From IMG/VR virus record IMGVR_UViG_3300027801_001720: a stretch of DNA of 64,000 bases, one strand, 5' to 3'. The translations under genes and the position numbers were made by a program. The notes beneath the pieces were generated by a model. The model was not told the DNA's origin, searched no databases, and saw only the letters and a program-made list of their open reading frames with translations. This document shows, in pieces, positions 29,312 through 40,300 of this stretch. Each line of letters opens with the position of its first letter. The stretch's first letter is position 1. Source of the DNA: an uncultured virus (IMG/VR IMGVR_UViG_3300027801_001720) (Duplodnaviria > Heunggongvirae > Uroviricota > Caudoviricetes).

Positions 29312-29985
29312 CCGAATTTGCTATAATACTCTTCTAACCTGCTAGTCCATAATCCACAATACTTGTCAAACTCTTCACCTTCAATAACGTACTCTTTGAG
29401 TTCAACATCTCGACTAACCATTAGTATTACACCTTTTCGAATATTTGTTCCGTACATTTCATTATGTGCCATTGCATAAGCACAACATTGTAAAAAATAA
29501 TCTTGTACCCATTTAGTAGGCTTAATTTTTTTACTTGTCTTGAAGTCAATTATTGCTTCTTCGCCGCCATGCATTCCAACACAATCTGTTGTACCAGCAT
29601 ATAGTCCAGGAGCAATAAGTCCAATTTCTGTTCCCCAAACTTCATCTACACTACTAAAACCCTCATTAATCATTAAGTTTGTCATATCCCTTGCAAGTAT
29701 GCTTACAAAGTTATTACCTTTGATTTCATAATCTTCACCAAGTATATATTGCTCTAATGCATTGTGAACTTTAGTACCTAAACCAGCCGCTTCAGTACTT
29801 ACTCGTGTTGCTTCAGCATCGCCAACTCTTTTACGCCAGGCAATAAGAGCAGTCTTATCAGATGTTTTGTCTAATACTGTTGTTACACTTGGCACTGGTA
29901 TATTGTCATCACCGATATACTTTCTGCCTTCTGCAGTTGTAACTCGTTCTAATTTCTTATATTCAATCTTTTCTGTTAGTAACAT
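29308..29985 (-). CDS. PD-(D/E)XK exonuclease
   Basis: PSVTTVL, GTKVH, AGTTDC, IIDFKTS, QCCAY. Confidence 0.88.
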   Translation of the reverse strand: MLLTEKIEYKKLERVTTAEGRKYIGDDNIPVPSVTTVLDKTSDKTALIAWRKRVGDAEATRVSTEAAGLGTKVHNALEQYILGEDYEIKGNNFVSILARDMTNLMINEGFSSVDEVWGTEIGLIAPGLYAGTTDCVGMHGGEEAIIDFKTSKKIKPTKWVQDYFLQCCAYAMAHNEMYGTNIRKGVILMVSRDVELKEYVIEGEEFDKYCGLWTSRLEEYYSKFG

Positions 29986-30011
29986 GCGGTTTCCATTATC
30001 CTCAATTTATA

Positions 30012-30040
30012 AGTATACACTATTATATCCCTTCTGTCAA
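30012..30040 (-). promoter_or_regulatory. sigma70-type promoter
   Basis: TTGACA-N17-TATACT upstream of the exonuclease. Confidence 0.65.
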
Positions 30041-31171
30041 CATATATTTTGCTATTTTATCATGCCATTCTGTGCCGAAATGCACAAAATCTCTAGCCGT
30101 GTGTTTGGGCCAATCTTCAATGCCTCCTCCACAATCATTTGCAATTTTAAGTTTTGGTATCATGTGCCTGTAAATAAACAGCCAACTAGGAACATGTAGG
30201 TCTTGGTCTTTGCACCATTGTATAGTTGCAAATGTATTGTTATCCCATAAATGTAATTCAATATCATTTATTATACAGAAGTTTGTTAATGCCTGTGTAG
30301 CCATCCATCTGTAATACTGTCTTGTATTTTGATTTAATACTTCGTCTATATCTTCAAATTGTTTAAGAAACAAATGAGTACCACTTGATATGCCTTCAAT
30401 GTAACCTTTTTCACTAATGCCATTCCATCTTTCTGAATGGGGAATTACAACATAAGCCTTTTTAAATTTTTTAGTTTTATACATAGACGTAAGTAAGTTA
30501 TACACATCCATTAAAGTACCACTAATAACACCTGAGTTATATATAGGCAACTCTTCATCTAACTGGTTATACCATATATTCTCTTCAGGTGTTCCCATAC
30601 CAAAAGTATTACTGTCTCCAAATACAGGTATAAATTCATTGTCTGTTAGGTCATCCAAGTTGTATGGGTTACGCATACCTTCTTTGTTTAGTACATAAGA
30701 AATTTCCGGAAACTGAGCATACCATCCGTTTTTGTCTACATTAAGTAATTCTTGGTACTTATGTTGATATTTTTCTAATCTATCGAAGTAACGTTGTTGG
30801 AATTTTATATTGTCTGATTCTTTTTTGCTTAAAGTTCCGGCTAAGTTACGTTTACGGAAATCATCATAGTTAGGATTTTTAGTGCCACCTAGTGCATTTT
30901 TAAGTTCTTCAATTTCGTCATTAGGTACATCGAAACTTATGTAAGGTATTGTACATGGTAGTTTTTCTGTTTGAATCGTGTATTCGTTTCGTTGTGTATG
31001 CAATATAGGGACCATGTAATCTATAATTTCATCGTCATCATAGTTTGCAGGATCTCCGCCTCTTGTAATTGCTTTAACGGTTTTGTGTGCTACGTCTGTA
31101 TATGAACCATTGAACTGTTCAAATAATTGTCTATTTAACGCCGAGGCGGCACGAATTAATCTATCTTCCAT
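30023..31171 (-). CDS. SGNH/GDSL-like hydrolase domain protein
   Basis: VFGDSNTFG, YNSGV, DFVHFG. Confidence 0.6.
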   Translation of the reverse strand: MEDRLIRAASALNRQLFEQFNGSYTDVAHKTVKAITRGGDPANYDDDEIIDYMVPILHTQRNEYTIQTEKLPCTIPYISFDVPNDEIEELKNALGGTKNPNYDDFRKRNLAGTLSKKESDNIKFQQRYFDRLEKYQHKYQELLNVDKNGWYAQFPEISYVLNKEGMRNPYNLDDLTDNEFIPVFGDSNTFGMGTPEENIWYNQLDEELPIYNSGVISGTLMDVYNLLTSMYKTKKFKKAYVVIPHSERWNGISEKGYIEGISSGTHLFLKQFEDIDEVLNQNTRQYYRWMATQALTNFCIINDIELHLWDNNTFATIQWCKDQDLHVPSWLFIYRHMIPKLKIANDCGGGIEDWPKHTARDFVHFGTEWHDKIAKYMLTEGI

Positions 31172-31190
31172 GCTTGTATTTATTTGTTAG

Positions 31191-31535
31191 TTATTGTGGG
31201 AGTTCGTCTTTTACGGCAGACATAGCCTGATCGCCAGCCATTCCAGCAACGTCTGGTTCAACTACTTGGTCTTCTGGATTTGCTAGTTCGTCTGGTATTT
31301 TGCCTTTAGGAGTAATAGTGCTGTCATCTATGTTAGCAACTGCACCCATTTGTTCCATTGCGGCTTTCATTTCTTCAAAACTTAACATAAAGCCATCATC
31401 AGCTAATGCCATTCTGAATTCATCTGTTGGGATTTCGTTTTGTTCTTGACTTAGGTATTGAGCAAGCCTATCCATGATTGCAACTTGCAAATCATCGTAG
31501 TATGCCTCTAATAGGAATACATCACGGATTCGCAC
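31191..31535 (-). CDS. acidic hypothetical protein, putative head-associated
   Basis: GTG start; MRIRDVFLLEA N-terminus. Confidence 0.6.
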   Translation of the reverse strand: MRIRDVFLLEAYYDDLQVAIMDRLAQYLSQEQNEIPTDEFRMALADDGFMLSFEEMKAAMEQMGAVANIDDSTITPKGKIPDELANPEDQVVEPDVAGMAGDQAMSAVKDELPQ

Positions 31536-31536
31536 T

Positions 31537-32841
31537 TTAGATACCTGCTGGATCTTTTGGTGCGTCTACTGGGTCTCTGCCTAGTGGGGCTTCTTCTGGT
31601 CCAGCCGCCGCAGGATCGTTAACATCAACAACATCTGCCATTGGCTCTGCCATAGGTTCTGCATCAAGTGGCGCATCCATAGGAACGTCACCCATTGCTG
31701 GAGTAATTGGTGCTTCACCAGTAATACTTCCAATAGCATCATCCATTGCTTGTTTTGTTGCCTTAGTTGCTGTAAGATGTCCGTCAACTGCCGCTGTCAT
31801 TGAATCTGCAAAACCTTGGGCAACTTGGGCACCCATCTCTGCTCTCATTTGGTCTGCTATAGCAGGTAAATCTTCATTTACCATTTTACCTAATCTTGCA
31901 ATCTGACCTTGAATATCATCTGACAATGCTCTCGCCGCCATAATAACTTCTGCTTGTTCAACTTCGACTTCTTCTGCTAACATGTCATCAATAATATCTT
32001 CAAACATACTTGCTTCTTGCATTTCTTCGTCTTTAGTACTGCCAGTAATTCTATATAGTTTACCGTCTACTTCAAATGCATCTTTACCTTGTGCAATAGC
32101 GTCTTTTCTAGCACCTGTAAATTTGTTCTGTTCTGCAACTTTTTGTCCAAACATTTGTATTCCACCTGATATAGCATCTTCTTCTAAATCATTTAAGAAG
32201 CCAACAACTGCATCTCTGCTTTTGCCACTTACTTCAGCAAACATATTAATTTTTTCTTCAATTGCTTTTAGTGTTTCAACGTTCTCTATTTCCATGCCAA
32301 CTTCTCTTGCCATTTCTTTAAATAGGTATTCGTTAATATCTGTTTCTGGAACTGGTTGCATGTCTGTTTCAACTGACTCATGTGCTGAACCACATGACTC
32401 TTGGTAGTCTTTAGCCGCTTTTAATACTATCGGTAGTACAAAAGAATCATCATAAGCATATCGGGGATCTTGTCTGAATTTGTTCATACATTCAGTACTT
32501 GCTTCATCTACTGTATATCCTGAGTCCATTAAAGACTTACATGTTTCAGATATCTCATACATCATTTCTGACATTGCAGGACTTTCTGCATACATGCCTT
32601 CGTCAAGCATTACGTCAATGACGTCTTTGACACCTAAATACTTTGCGTATTCTGGATCTAAGTTAAATTGTTTGTTAGTGTTTCTTAAAGTAATAATATG
32701 TTGTTCAGCCTGTTCACGGACTTTTTCAAGTCTTGCTTTAGGATGAAAACCATTTACTTTAACACCGTGATTTTCAGTAAGGTATGCATTTAAGTCTTTT
32801 ACCTTTTGAAATCCTGTTTTGTTAAAATTGTTTATTCTCAT
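31537..32841 (-). CDS. acidic helical protein, putative prohead core/internal protein
   Basis: E/D/M-rich with many hydrophobic-x-E sites; ATAAATA at 32875-32881. Confidence 0.55.
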   Translation of the reverse strand: MRINNFNKTGFQKVKDLNAYLTENHGVKVNGFHPKARLEKVREQAEQHIITLRNTNKQFNLDPEYAKYLGVKDVIDVMLDEGMYAESPAMSEMMYEISETCKSLMDSGYTVDEASTECMNKFRQDPRYAYDDSFVLPIVLKAAKDYQESCGSAHESVETDMQPVPETDINEYLFKEMAREVGMEIENVETLKAIEEKINMFAEVSGKSRDAVVGFLNDLEEDAISGGIQMFGQKVAEQNKFTGARKDAIAQGKDAFEVDGKLYRITGSTKDEEMQEASMFEDIIDDMLAEEVEVEQAEVIMAARALSDDIQGQIARLGKMVNEDLPAIADQMRAEMGAQVAQGFADSMTAAVDGHLTATKATKQAMDDAIGSITGEAPITPAMGDVPMDAPLDAEPMAEPMADVVDVNDPAAAGPEEAPLGRDPVDAPKDPAGI

Positions 32842-32909
32842 TTTATTTTCCCGATAATGATGATTTGTTAATTGTATTTATCAAATCTAGGAAATTTTTG
32901 GAGTTTTTA

Positions 32910-33398
32910 TTAAACTAGATACTTGCCGTGATGGGTATTTGTGGCTAATTTTGTGTGTAACTCTTCTCTTGCCTTCCTCAATTTCATAAGAGATAGGTCT
33001 ACTCTTGCTTCTGTTGAATGATACAATACTGAACTTTCTGTTGTTTTGAGGGTATGTTTGTAAAACATTATGTCGTTTAAATGTTTAAAAATGGCCCCTT
33101 GATAAGTTTTTAATGATGTTGTGTAAGAGTTTAACAGTTGTTTAACTTGTCTCTGATTAGAATGATTTAAACTGTTAAGCATATGGTTAGCCGACTCTAC
33201 TAGCAATACACTTTCTAATACTATTGTTTTATTTTTACCGTCAACAATATTCCAGTTACCGTCGGTGGTTCTTGTTTTAAAGAACAGTCCTTTTGTACTG
33301 ACTTTGTTTACAGTTTGCTGTAATTTATTTGCAAGTGCCTGCTTTTTTGCTTTAGTAAGCGGCTTCTTGCGGGTAAGTTTTGTATTTTGTTTTGCCAT
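32910..33398 (-). CDS. hypothetical basic protein
   Basis: ORF track. Confidence 0.6.
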   Translation of the reverse strand: MAKQNTKLTRKKPLTKAKKQALANKLQQTVNKVSTKGLFFKTRTTDGNWNIVDGKNKTIVLESVLLVESANHMLNSLNHSNQRQVKQLLNSYTTSLKTYQGAIFKHLNDIMFYKHTLKTTESSVLYHSTEARVDLSLMKLRKAREELHTKLATNTHHGKYLV

Positions 33399-33570
33399 TG
33401 CTATTAACTTTAAGAACTAATCCTCGTTGCCTTAGTTGGTTACATGTGTGTACATCGTTTTCTGAAAGGTCTACTTCATATATACCTTTTTCGTGTTTTA
33501 ATCGGTCAAATAATCGGAACTCTTTAGAACTACAGAAGGTTGGACCATTTTTTGAAGATACTATTCTCAT
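33352..33570 (-). CDS. small hypothetical protein (possible winged helix)
   Basis: ORF track; GGAG SD; L..RGLV.K. Confidence 0.55.
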   Translation of the reverse strand: MRIVSSKNGPTFCSSKEFRLFDRLKHEKGIYEVDLSENDVHTCNQLRQRGLVLKVNSNGKTKYKTYPQEAAY

Positions 33571-33571
33571 G

Positions 33572-33760
33572 CTATCTCCTTAAAACTGTACTTTTGCCTT
33601 TTGGTCCAGGCTTTTTCTTTCCAATCTTCTTAGGTTTCTTAGGTCGTTGAACAACACGTTGGACGTCATTTACAATAGGTTTTACTACTGTAGCAACTGC
33701 TCCGGCACTCATGCCTCCCATCGATGCTGATTCACTCATTATAATTTCATTAATCTTCAT
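33572..33760 (-). CDS. small basic protein with CTS-like N-terminus
   Basis: MKINEIIMSE; K-rich C-terminus; ATAAATA 5 nt upstream. Confidence 0.6.
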   Translation of the reverse strand: MKINEIIMSESASMGGMSAGAVATVVKPIVNDVQRVVQRPKKPKKIGKKKPGPKGKSTVLRR

Positions 33761-33764
33761 ACAA

Positions 33765-35072
33765 CTATTTATCTAAGTCTACATTAAACAGCAAGTTAAA
33801 ATCTTCATAATTAGATAGCCAAGCGTCTAATCCTTGTGTAGACGATTCTCTAATAGAGTGCATGTTGTGTGTAAATAGGTCAAAATTATGCTCTGCATCT
33901 AATTTGTTTTGCTGTTCTATCTCTTGCCACTTAATTGGGTTCTCTTTTAACATAGACAATGTTTCTAATTGCTGTATTAAAAACTTTATCTTAGTAATAA
34001 TATTTGTTGTAGAGTCGTAATTACTAGACCCTTTCCAAGTATTAGTAGTAATCAAATGTTCAAATGTTTTATAACCTTTAGACTGTAGGAATTTGTATAT
34101 TCGATGTGGTCCAAATATTATAAAAGGTTGTTTCATAATAATTGCTTTGTAAATTTTTTCTGTAATAACAAGTGTGTTATCACTAAATGTTTCTGTAATT
34201 AACTGTAAGTCACAATCTAACAAGTCTGAGATAAAACTGTTATCAGCGGATAGTTGTTTCATGTGTATAATGTCATCGTTACGTTTGTCTAACTCTAACG
34301 GATATATTAACTGCAAGTCTTTTAAGTAGGATATACCATCATTAACATCTTCTGCAGATATTTGTTGGCGTTCTGATTGGTCGATTAAATATTTAATTGT
34401 TTGTGATTGTAGCTCTTGAAAATCTACACTAGGTGTACTAACCATATTGTTGCCTATGTCTAATGCTCCAAGTAGCAATGCCCTGTGTGGCTTAGGCGCA
34501 TTATTTAAGCAACTGTAAAGTTTCCCTTTACCTTCATAAGCAACTTCTAAGTTGCTCAATTGTTCATATAACTCTGACATTGTATCTTCTTGGAAGTTTG
34601 CTGTGTATAGTGTTCTAAAGTTTGTATACTCTGTGCGTTGGTGTATTTCTTTAATGTTTATTGCACTATTGCCGTAGAATGTTGTATTAGGATTTAACTT
34701 ATACATATCCACTACTTGTGAAATAAATTTTAGCATATCTTCATCACAATGCCCTTCAGCACTATTGTCAAATAGTATTATAGGATTTTTGTGTTTTGCA
34801 ATAAAGTCTGGAATTAAAGTTGTATTAGTTAAATGATACTTTTCCCAAATCTTATATAGTTCTCTACTACCTATGCCATCTATACTAATAATAAATATTG
34901 TTGGTATCTCATTATTTAACTCATTTTCGTCTTTCCAGTATTCGTCAAAGAATGTGCATGTACCAAATATATGGTCTTTACTGGTTCTAGGTATGTTATC
35001 TATATCTATCCATGTTTCATTACATGTCTTTATAAATTTATAGAATGGGTTTGTAATGTTTGCTATTTGCAT
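33765..35072 (-). CDS. glycosyltransferase-like protein (GT10/fucosyltransferase-like C-terminus)
   Basis: CLNN..KPHR, LITET, ITEKIYKAI..KQPFIIFG, GYKTF. Confidence 0.6.
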   Translation of the reverse strand: MQIANITNPFYKFIKTCNETWIDIDNIPRTSKDHIFGTCTFFDEYWKDENELNNEIPTIFIISIDGIGSRELYKIWEKYHLTNTTLIPDFIAKHKNPIILFDNSAEGHCDEDMLKFISQVVDMYKLNPNTTFYGNSAINIKEIHQRTEYTNFRTLYTANFQEDTMSELYEQLSNLEVAYEGKGKLYSCLNNAPKPHRALLLGALDIGNNMVSTPSVDFQELQSQTIKYLIDQSERQQISAEDVNDGISYLKDLQLIYPLELDKRNDDIIHMKQLSADNSFISDLLDCDLQLITETFSDNTLVITEKIYKAIIMKQPFIIFGPHRIYKFLQSKGYKTFEHLITTNTWKGSSNYDSTTNIITKIKFLIQQLETLSMLKENPIKWQEIEQQNKLDAEHNFDLFTHNMHSIRESSTQGLDAWLSNYEDFNLLFNVDLDK

Positions 35073-35091
35073 AATACATATTTATTCTATA

Positions 35092-36369
35092 TTAAAAAGG
35101 GTTGTATGCTTTCTTTGTATCCGAACATTTACCACAAGACAACTTACAGAAGGTACTCGCATTACCATTCCGTATATCATCATAATATGTTGTATGTAAT
35201 ACACCAGTATTTAATATCTCTTTTAAATTAGTGTTTGCTAAACTAAATGATTCTAATCCATATGAACTTATGTTGTTGAGTAACTCTCTAATATGTTCGT
35301 TGTTATTATAACCTAACTTAGTTTTAGCAGATGTAACAGCGCCACCAACTATACAGCATGGGTACACATAATTGTCATGACTAATAAAAACATTCAATGC
35401 ATCTTTTTTTAAATTGCTGTTGTCTTCATAATTTAGACTGTAACATGTCTGTGATTGGTAAGTGTCTAGTTGACTTGTCATATAGTGTGGTATATCCACA
35501 ACAAATTTTTCTGTACCCGAATATTCAGAGGTATAAACAATTTCATCTGCAACTGGCTTGTGCCATTTTGCGCCATTCCACATTGGGCCGTTTTTATCTA
35601 TAGCAGGATTTATATTACTAAGTATATCAAATATTTTGTTGTAGGAGTCATCATCTTGTATTTGCCACCAATGGTAGATGTCTTGTGTAAAATCATCGGT
35701 AACTGGAGTTAGCCAATGTGTAAACTCTGATGTATAAAAATCATAGGTAGGGATTGCATTATCAGGGTTGCCGGCAAAACCGTTAGGTTCTCTAATTTGA
35801 AATTGTCTAAAGCCAAGTTGTTTTGCTGTAAGTAGTGCTGGCAGTAAATCTGTCTTGTTTTGCTCAAACAAAATATATTGCCATGTAAGATTATGACTGA
35901 ATCCATTATGGTCGTCTATGTCATAATTGTTTATGTATGCATTCATGTTTGCTAAAACTTTTTTGTAAGAAACATTTACTCTGTGCAGTTTAAGTATTTC
36001 TTCTGAATTTCCATCAACACCAAATATCAGCTGAATTCCTAATTTTGCCAATGCTTTATATTGTGCTGGTGTCCCTATTCCACCGTTAGTTGAAATACTA
36101 ATGAATACGTTTGGATTTTGTTCTGTAAACCATTCGCATATAGGAACTATTTCTGCACAGGTCATTGGGTCGCCTAAATTGCCACATAATGTTAAAGAAT
36201 TTATTTGTCCGGATAATCCCTCAAAAATTTGCTTAACATCTGCTAGAGTTCGCATTTGCTGTGTAAAATTATTTAATACGCCTCTTGTACGCCTAACGCA
36301 TACAGGACATGCGGCATTACATGTACTAGCAATTTCTAAATCTACTGCTACAAGTTTATCACTAATCAT
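35092..36369 (-). CDS. radical SAM protein with SPASM/twitch-like domain
   Basis: CNAACPVC, GNLGDP, STNG, VYPCC, CKLSC. Confidence 0.9.
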   Translation of the reverse strand: MISDKLVAVDLEIASTCNAACPVCVRRTRGVLNNFTQQMRTLADVKQIFEGLSGQINSLTLCGNLGDPMTCAEIVPICEWFTEQNPNVFISISTNGGIGTPAQYKALAKLGIQLIFGVDGNSEEILKLHRVNVSYKKVLANMNAYINNYDIDDHNGFSHNLTWQYILFEQNKTDLLPALLTAKQLGFRQFQIREPNGFAGNPDNAIPTYDFYTSEFTHWLTPVTDDFTQDIYHWWQIQDDDSYNKIFDILSNINPAIDKNGPMWNGAKWHKPVADEIVYTSEYSGTEKFVVDIPHYMTSQLDTYQSQTCYSLNYEDNSNLKKDALNVFISHDNYVYPCCIVGGAVTSAKTKLGYNNNEHIRELLNNISSYGLESFSLANTNLKEILNTGVLHTTYYDDIRNGNASTFCKLSCGKCSDTKKAYNPF

Positions 36370-36923
36370 ATTACTTGTATCTGATTAATTACTAGTGTTT
36401 GATAACCAATTAGTCTATCCGTTGGTCCAGGTTGATTTACAGAATGCAATGTGTTGATATGATTAAGCATAAAAATACCAGTTCCTTTTTGTGTGGGGCC
36501 TCTGTAATCTAATTGATCAAAGTATGTCCCAGAGTTCTCAGGATTGTCTTGTAAGTTTATAATTATTACACCTAGCACGACTCTGTTGTCTACGTGTGGT
36601 GGCATCATAAAATCTGGTTTGTCTAACAATACATCTACACTATTATGTTCTGGGTCGGGCCATTCGAAACTTTTAAGTTTACCACACCACATTTGTTGTA
36701 ACACTAATTCATCACAAGTCCTGAGCATTTCTTGTATAGGCAGACAACTTTTATGCCATGCAAAATCTACTTCTTTTGGTGTTTTTATAGATTGCCTTAA
36801 TCCACCATTATCGTATCCAAGTTGTGTATAGTTGTTTGGATTAGAAAGTATATAATTAAAATTAGGAACTTCGAAATCGCTGACTTCCCAGATAGGAAAA
36901 TCTTTATTTATTAGTGTTAGCAT
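36366..36923 (-). CDS. 2OG-Fe(II) oxygenase-like protein
   Basis: MPPHVDNR, LHSV...R; start moved to ATG 36923. Confidence 0.65.
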   Translation of the reverse strand: MLTLINKDFPIWEVSDFEVPNFNYILSNPNNYTQLGYDNGGLRQSIKTPKEVDFAWHKSCLPIQEMLRTCDELVLQQMWCGKLKSFEWPDPEHNSVDVLLDKPDFMMPPHVDNRVVLGVIIINLQDNPENSGTYFDQLDYRGPTQKGTGIFMLNHINTLHSVNQPGPTDRLIGYQTLVINQIQVI

Positions 36924-37332
36924 TTTTATCCATCGCTTGTTTAAACTTTTGCTCAAACGTAGGACTGTCATCTGCTTTATTACTGTAATGGTCTATGAGG
37001 TTTTCTATAGTAGCATCTACCTTGAGTACTGTTGTTCTAGGTAATCCTTGACTAAGTGCAATGTCATATCTATGATGACCATTTACAATATAGTTATCTT
37101 TGTCTACTATGATAGGACGTATCGTGCCATCTGCAAATCCACGTTTTGCCTTATCATGCATTCCGGCAACACGTTGTCGTTGTACTGGTTTAAGTGTATC
37201 TAATTTAACTTCTTCTTTGTTGTATTCAAACGGAGAATCGTCTAGGTCGCCTTTTCTAACTTGTGGCATTATGTTTCTAGGAAACTCTTTGTCCAGTTTA
37301 GGACGTTGTATTTCTAATTCAAGTAATCTCAT
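36904..37332 (-). CDS. ParB/Sulfiredoxin N-terminal domain protein
   Basis: LKPVQ, PIIVDKDNYIVNGHHRY. Confidence 0.75.
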   Translation of the reverse strand: MRLLELEIQRPKLDKEFPRNIMPQVRKGDLDDSPFEYNKEEVKLDTLKPVQRQRVAGMHDKAKRGFADGTIRPIIVDKDNYIVNGHHRYDIALSQGLPRTTVLKVDATIENLIDHYSNKADDSPTFEQKFKQAMDKNANTNK

Positions 37333-40300
37333 TACTTAAATCCAAATGCAAATTTGCCGCCAATTCTTGAACTGTAATAATTTTTACTGCCGTCTATTTC
37401 TACTGTACCTTGGAAGTTTGGCGGATATACAGCCTCCCATCCTGTTACTCTAGCATCTTGTCCATTTTTACCCATCTTACAATATAACTGTACAATGCTT
37501 GATTGGTTAAGGAATGCTACACAACCTTGTCCAAACTCTGGACCTGCTGTGTTGATTGCTCTTGTAACTTTTTTAGCAAGTAGAGCCAGCATAGCATATC
37601 CTGTGTTAAAGCCTGGAACATCCTGTCTTGGTGTGCCGTAATTAAATAATTCTGTACATGCAGGACTTAGTCCAGCATAGTCTTGTTTACCTGCTTGAAT
37701 ATAACCATTAATTTCTTGTTCTAAACCTTGTGGCAATATTCTATATAATTCTGCTAATCTAATTGGTCCGTCTTTAGCACTATTGCTTTGAACTATGTCT
37801 ACAACTTTCACTGTTGTTTGATATTGTGCTTTCATCTCATCTGGTGCTTTTAATATTGCATCTTGTATGTTTTTAACACTGGCTTTTGCACCTTTACCAC
37901 CCTTACTACTAATACCTACTCTAGTACCGTCTGGTGCTGTAAAGTAACTGTCAACTAGTGGGGCATTCATTGCCATGGGCCAAAATATACTACATTCTGA
38001 CCAAGATAATCCTTTTAATAAATCTGCTTTGGCGGCATCTGCCTGTCCGCCTACCATTTCACTCATAAGTGCTACTGGGCCCATTATCTCACCAAAGTAA
38101 TCTCTTAATGCTGGTAAATTTGTTATTTGTCCTGGGAACACAGGATGTTCCTGTGTATGTATAGTCTCTAGTGCGTTTACTAAGGATTCGGATAGCTCAT
38201 TACCGGCGGAATTGCTTTTCACTGCTTGTATGACTTCTAAGACCCCGTTAAAGGGTGCATCTGTCTTAATCAAGTGCTGTGGATCAATGCCTATATCTAG
38301 TTTCATTGCCCCAGCAGTCTGTAATTTCCAACCTTGAGGTACTTGACTATTGCTCCACTTACCCATCATATCTACTGTTTTTTGCTTAAAGTATCTGCCC
38401 CAATACGTTAGTTTGTCATCTAATTCTGGATCTGTAAATACAGCAATACCAAAAGATAAACTGCCTCTGTTAGGAACATTTGTCCATTCTATTTGACTAT
38501 TTAATTCTTGTTCTAATTGTTGTATTAAATCATCTCGTTGCTCAGGTGATTCAAACTCCATTTGTTCTGTGGGGTATAAATTAACACTTTGAAACTCTAA
38601 AACATCATCACCCTTTTGAAATCTATCTCCTAGTACTCTGCCCATTATACCTTTGGATTCTACTAAACTGTTAATTTTACTTTTAGTCCACTCTCGTAAA
38701 TCAATTTGGTCTTGTTGTTCTTTTGGTAAAGCAGTTGTGTAATATCTTACTATGCCTCTAGCACAGGCATCGTCACCTGCTTCTGCTCTTAATTCTCTAA
38801 ATTGGTCTAGCATAGAAGGAATAGGTATAGCCTGGAAGGCTAACATTTGTTTCTTAAGGTCACCTACTGGAAAATGGTCTGCTAACAAGTCATTTAAAAT
38901 CTTTATTGTTTTAATAACTGGTACACTTTCTTTAACAGTTTTAGGTTCTAATTTACTAACACGTGGCTTGTACAATGGCTTATCGCCTTTATTAGTTTTT
39001 AACACAGGTTGTCCGTTTTTATCTGTAGTAAAACCTTTTACTGTGGCTTTGCTATTTTTAAACTTACCTACTTTAACTTCATCGCCTACGTCTATACTTG
39101 GAGGATTAAGTGTTGTTTTACCTTCTAAAATTTTGGACTTATTCAATATGTCTAATTGTTCTTGTAATGGTAATGCATCGAACTTGTTAAACACACTTTC
39201 GTTAGCAACTGCAATTCGGTTACTTCCTAATGTCAATGCTGAATCATAATCTAATGGTACGCCGCCGCCTTCTTTGTTAAATTGTATAGCCTGCAACACC
39301 GCATCTTTCATAGCAGATGTATTACCACTGTTAGTTAAAAACCCAACAAGATCATTTACCGGTTTACCGCTTCGCATAAAGTTTTGCATGCCATCACGCA
39401 TCATATTATCAAATGCTGGATAAAAGTCTCTTGCATCTGCTATAGATTGTTCTGGTTCTTGTTCTGGATCTCTGCCTCTTGTAGGAGATGTATCGTAACT
39501 ACCGCTAACGTCACTGTTATTTGCAACATAGTTACCATCTGTTAATGTATAATTTGTTTCTATGTGCGTCTTTGCATCTCTAACTGCTAATAGATATCTA
39601 TCCATGCCTACTATTGGTCTATCATCTGTCATTCTGTATTTCGTATAGTCATCATTTAAACTGTCGAAAATATTTCTAAGCAAATTAGAACTTTGCTCAT
39701 TTGCACCTGGTTCCCCTAGTAAGTGCTGAGCTAATTCGGTCCAATCTGTATCTCTTGCTATTGCGGCGGAGGAGTCTTCTCTGTAGTTATCGCCAGATAC
39801 TCCGGCAACTCGTAAAAGGTCATTGGTGACTGTATCTTCTTGTCGGTTTTTAAGATCCTGTACTGTTTCAAATGCTCTATTAAAAGTTTCGCCATTAGAA
39901 ACTAGTTTATATACTTGGGCTTTAAATTCTGGAGTACGCTGTGTCCAATCATACGCATCAAATTGTTTTATAGCGGAGTCACCAGTGTTCATTGTCCACA
40001 TAGTTCTAGCACTACTACTTAAAGGTTCTCCACTTTTAGGATTTTGCATTTCGTCTTTAGGAATAAGTGTGTCAAAGTCTCCTTGCCCTTCTCTGCCGTC
40101 ACCATCCTTGGTAAATTCTATTTTAAATAGTTTTGATATTTTACCTCTGTCTTCGCCATCAAGTTCTTTATAATTTGCTTTATCTATCAAATCCTGATAG
40201 CTCACGCCATATATCTTATAGAATGCTTTTAGTGTTGCTTTATATTTAGGCAGTCTCCATGCTTGACTATCATTACCTGCCTTCATTTGAACATTAACAA

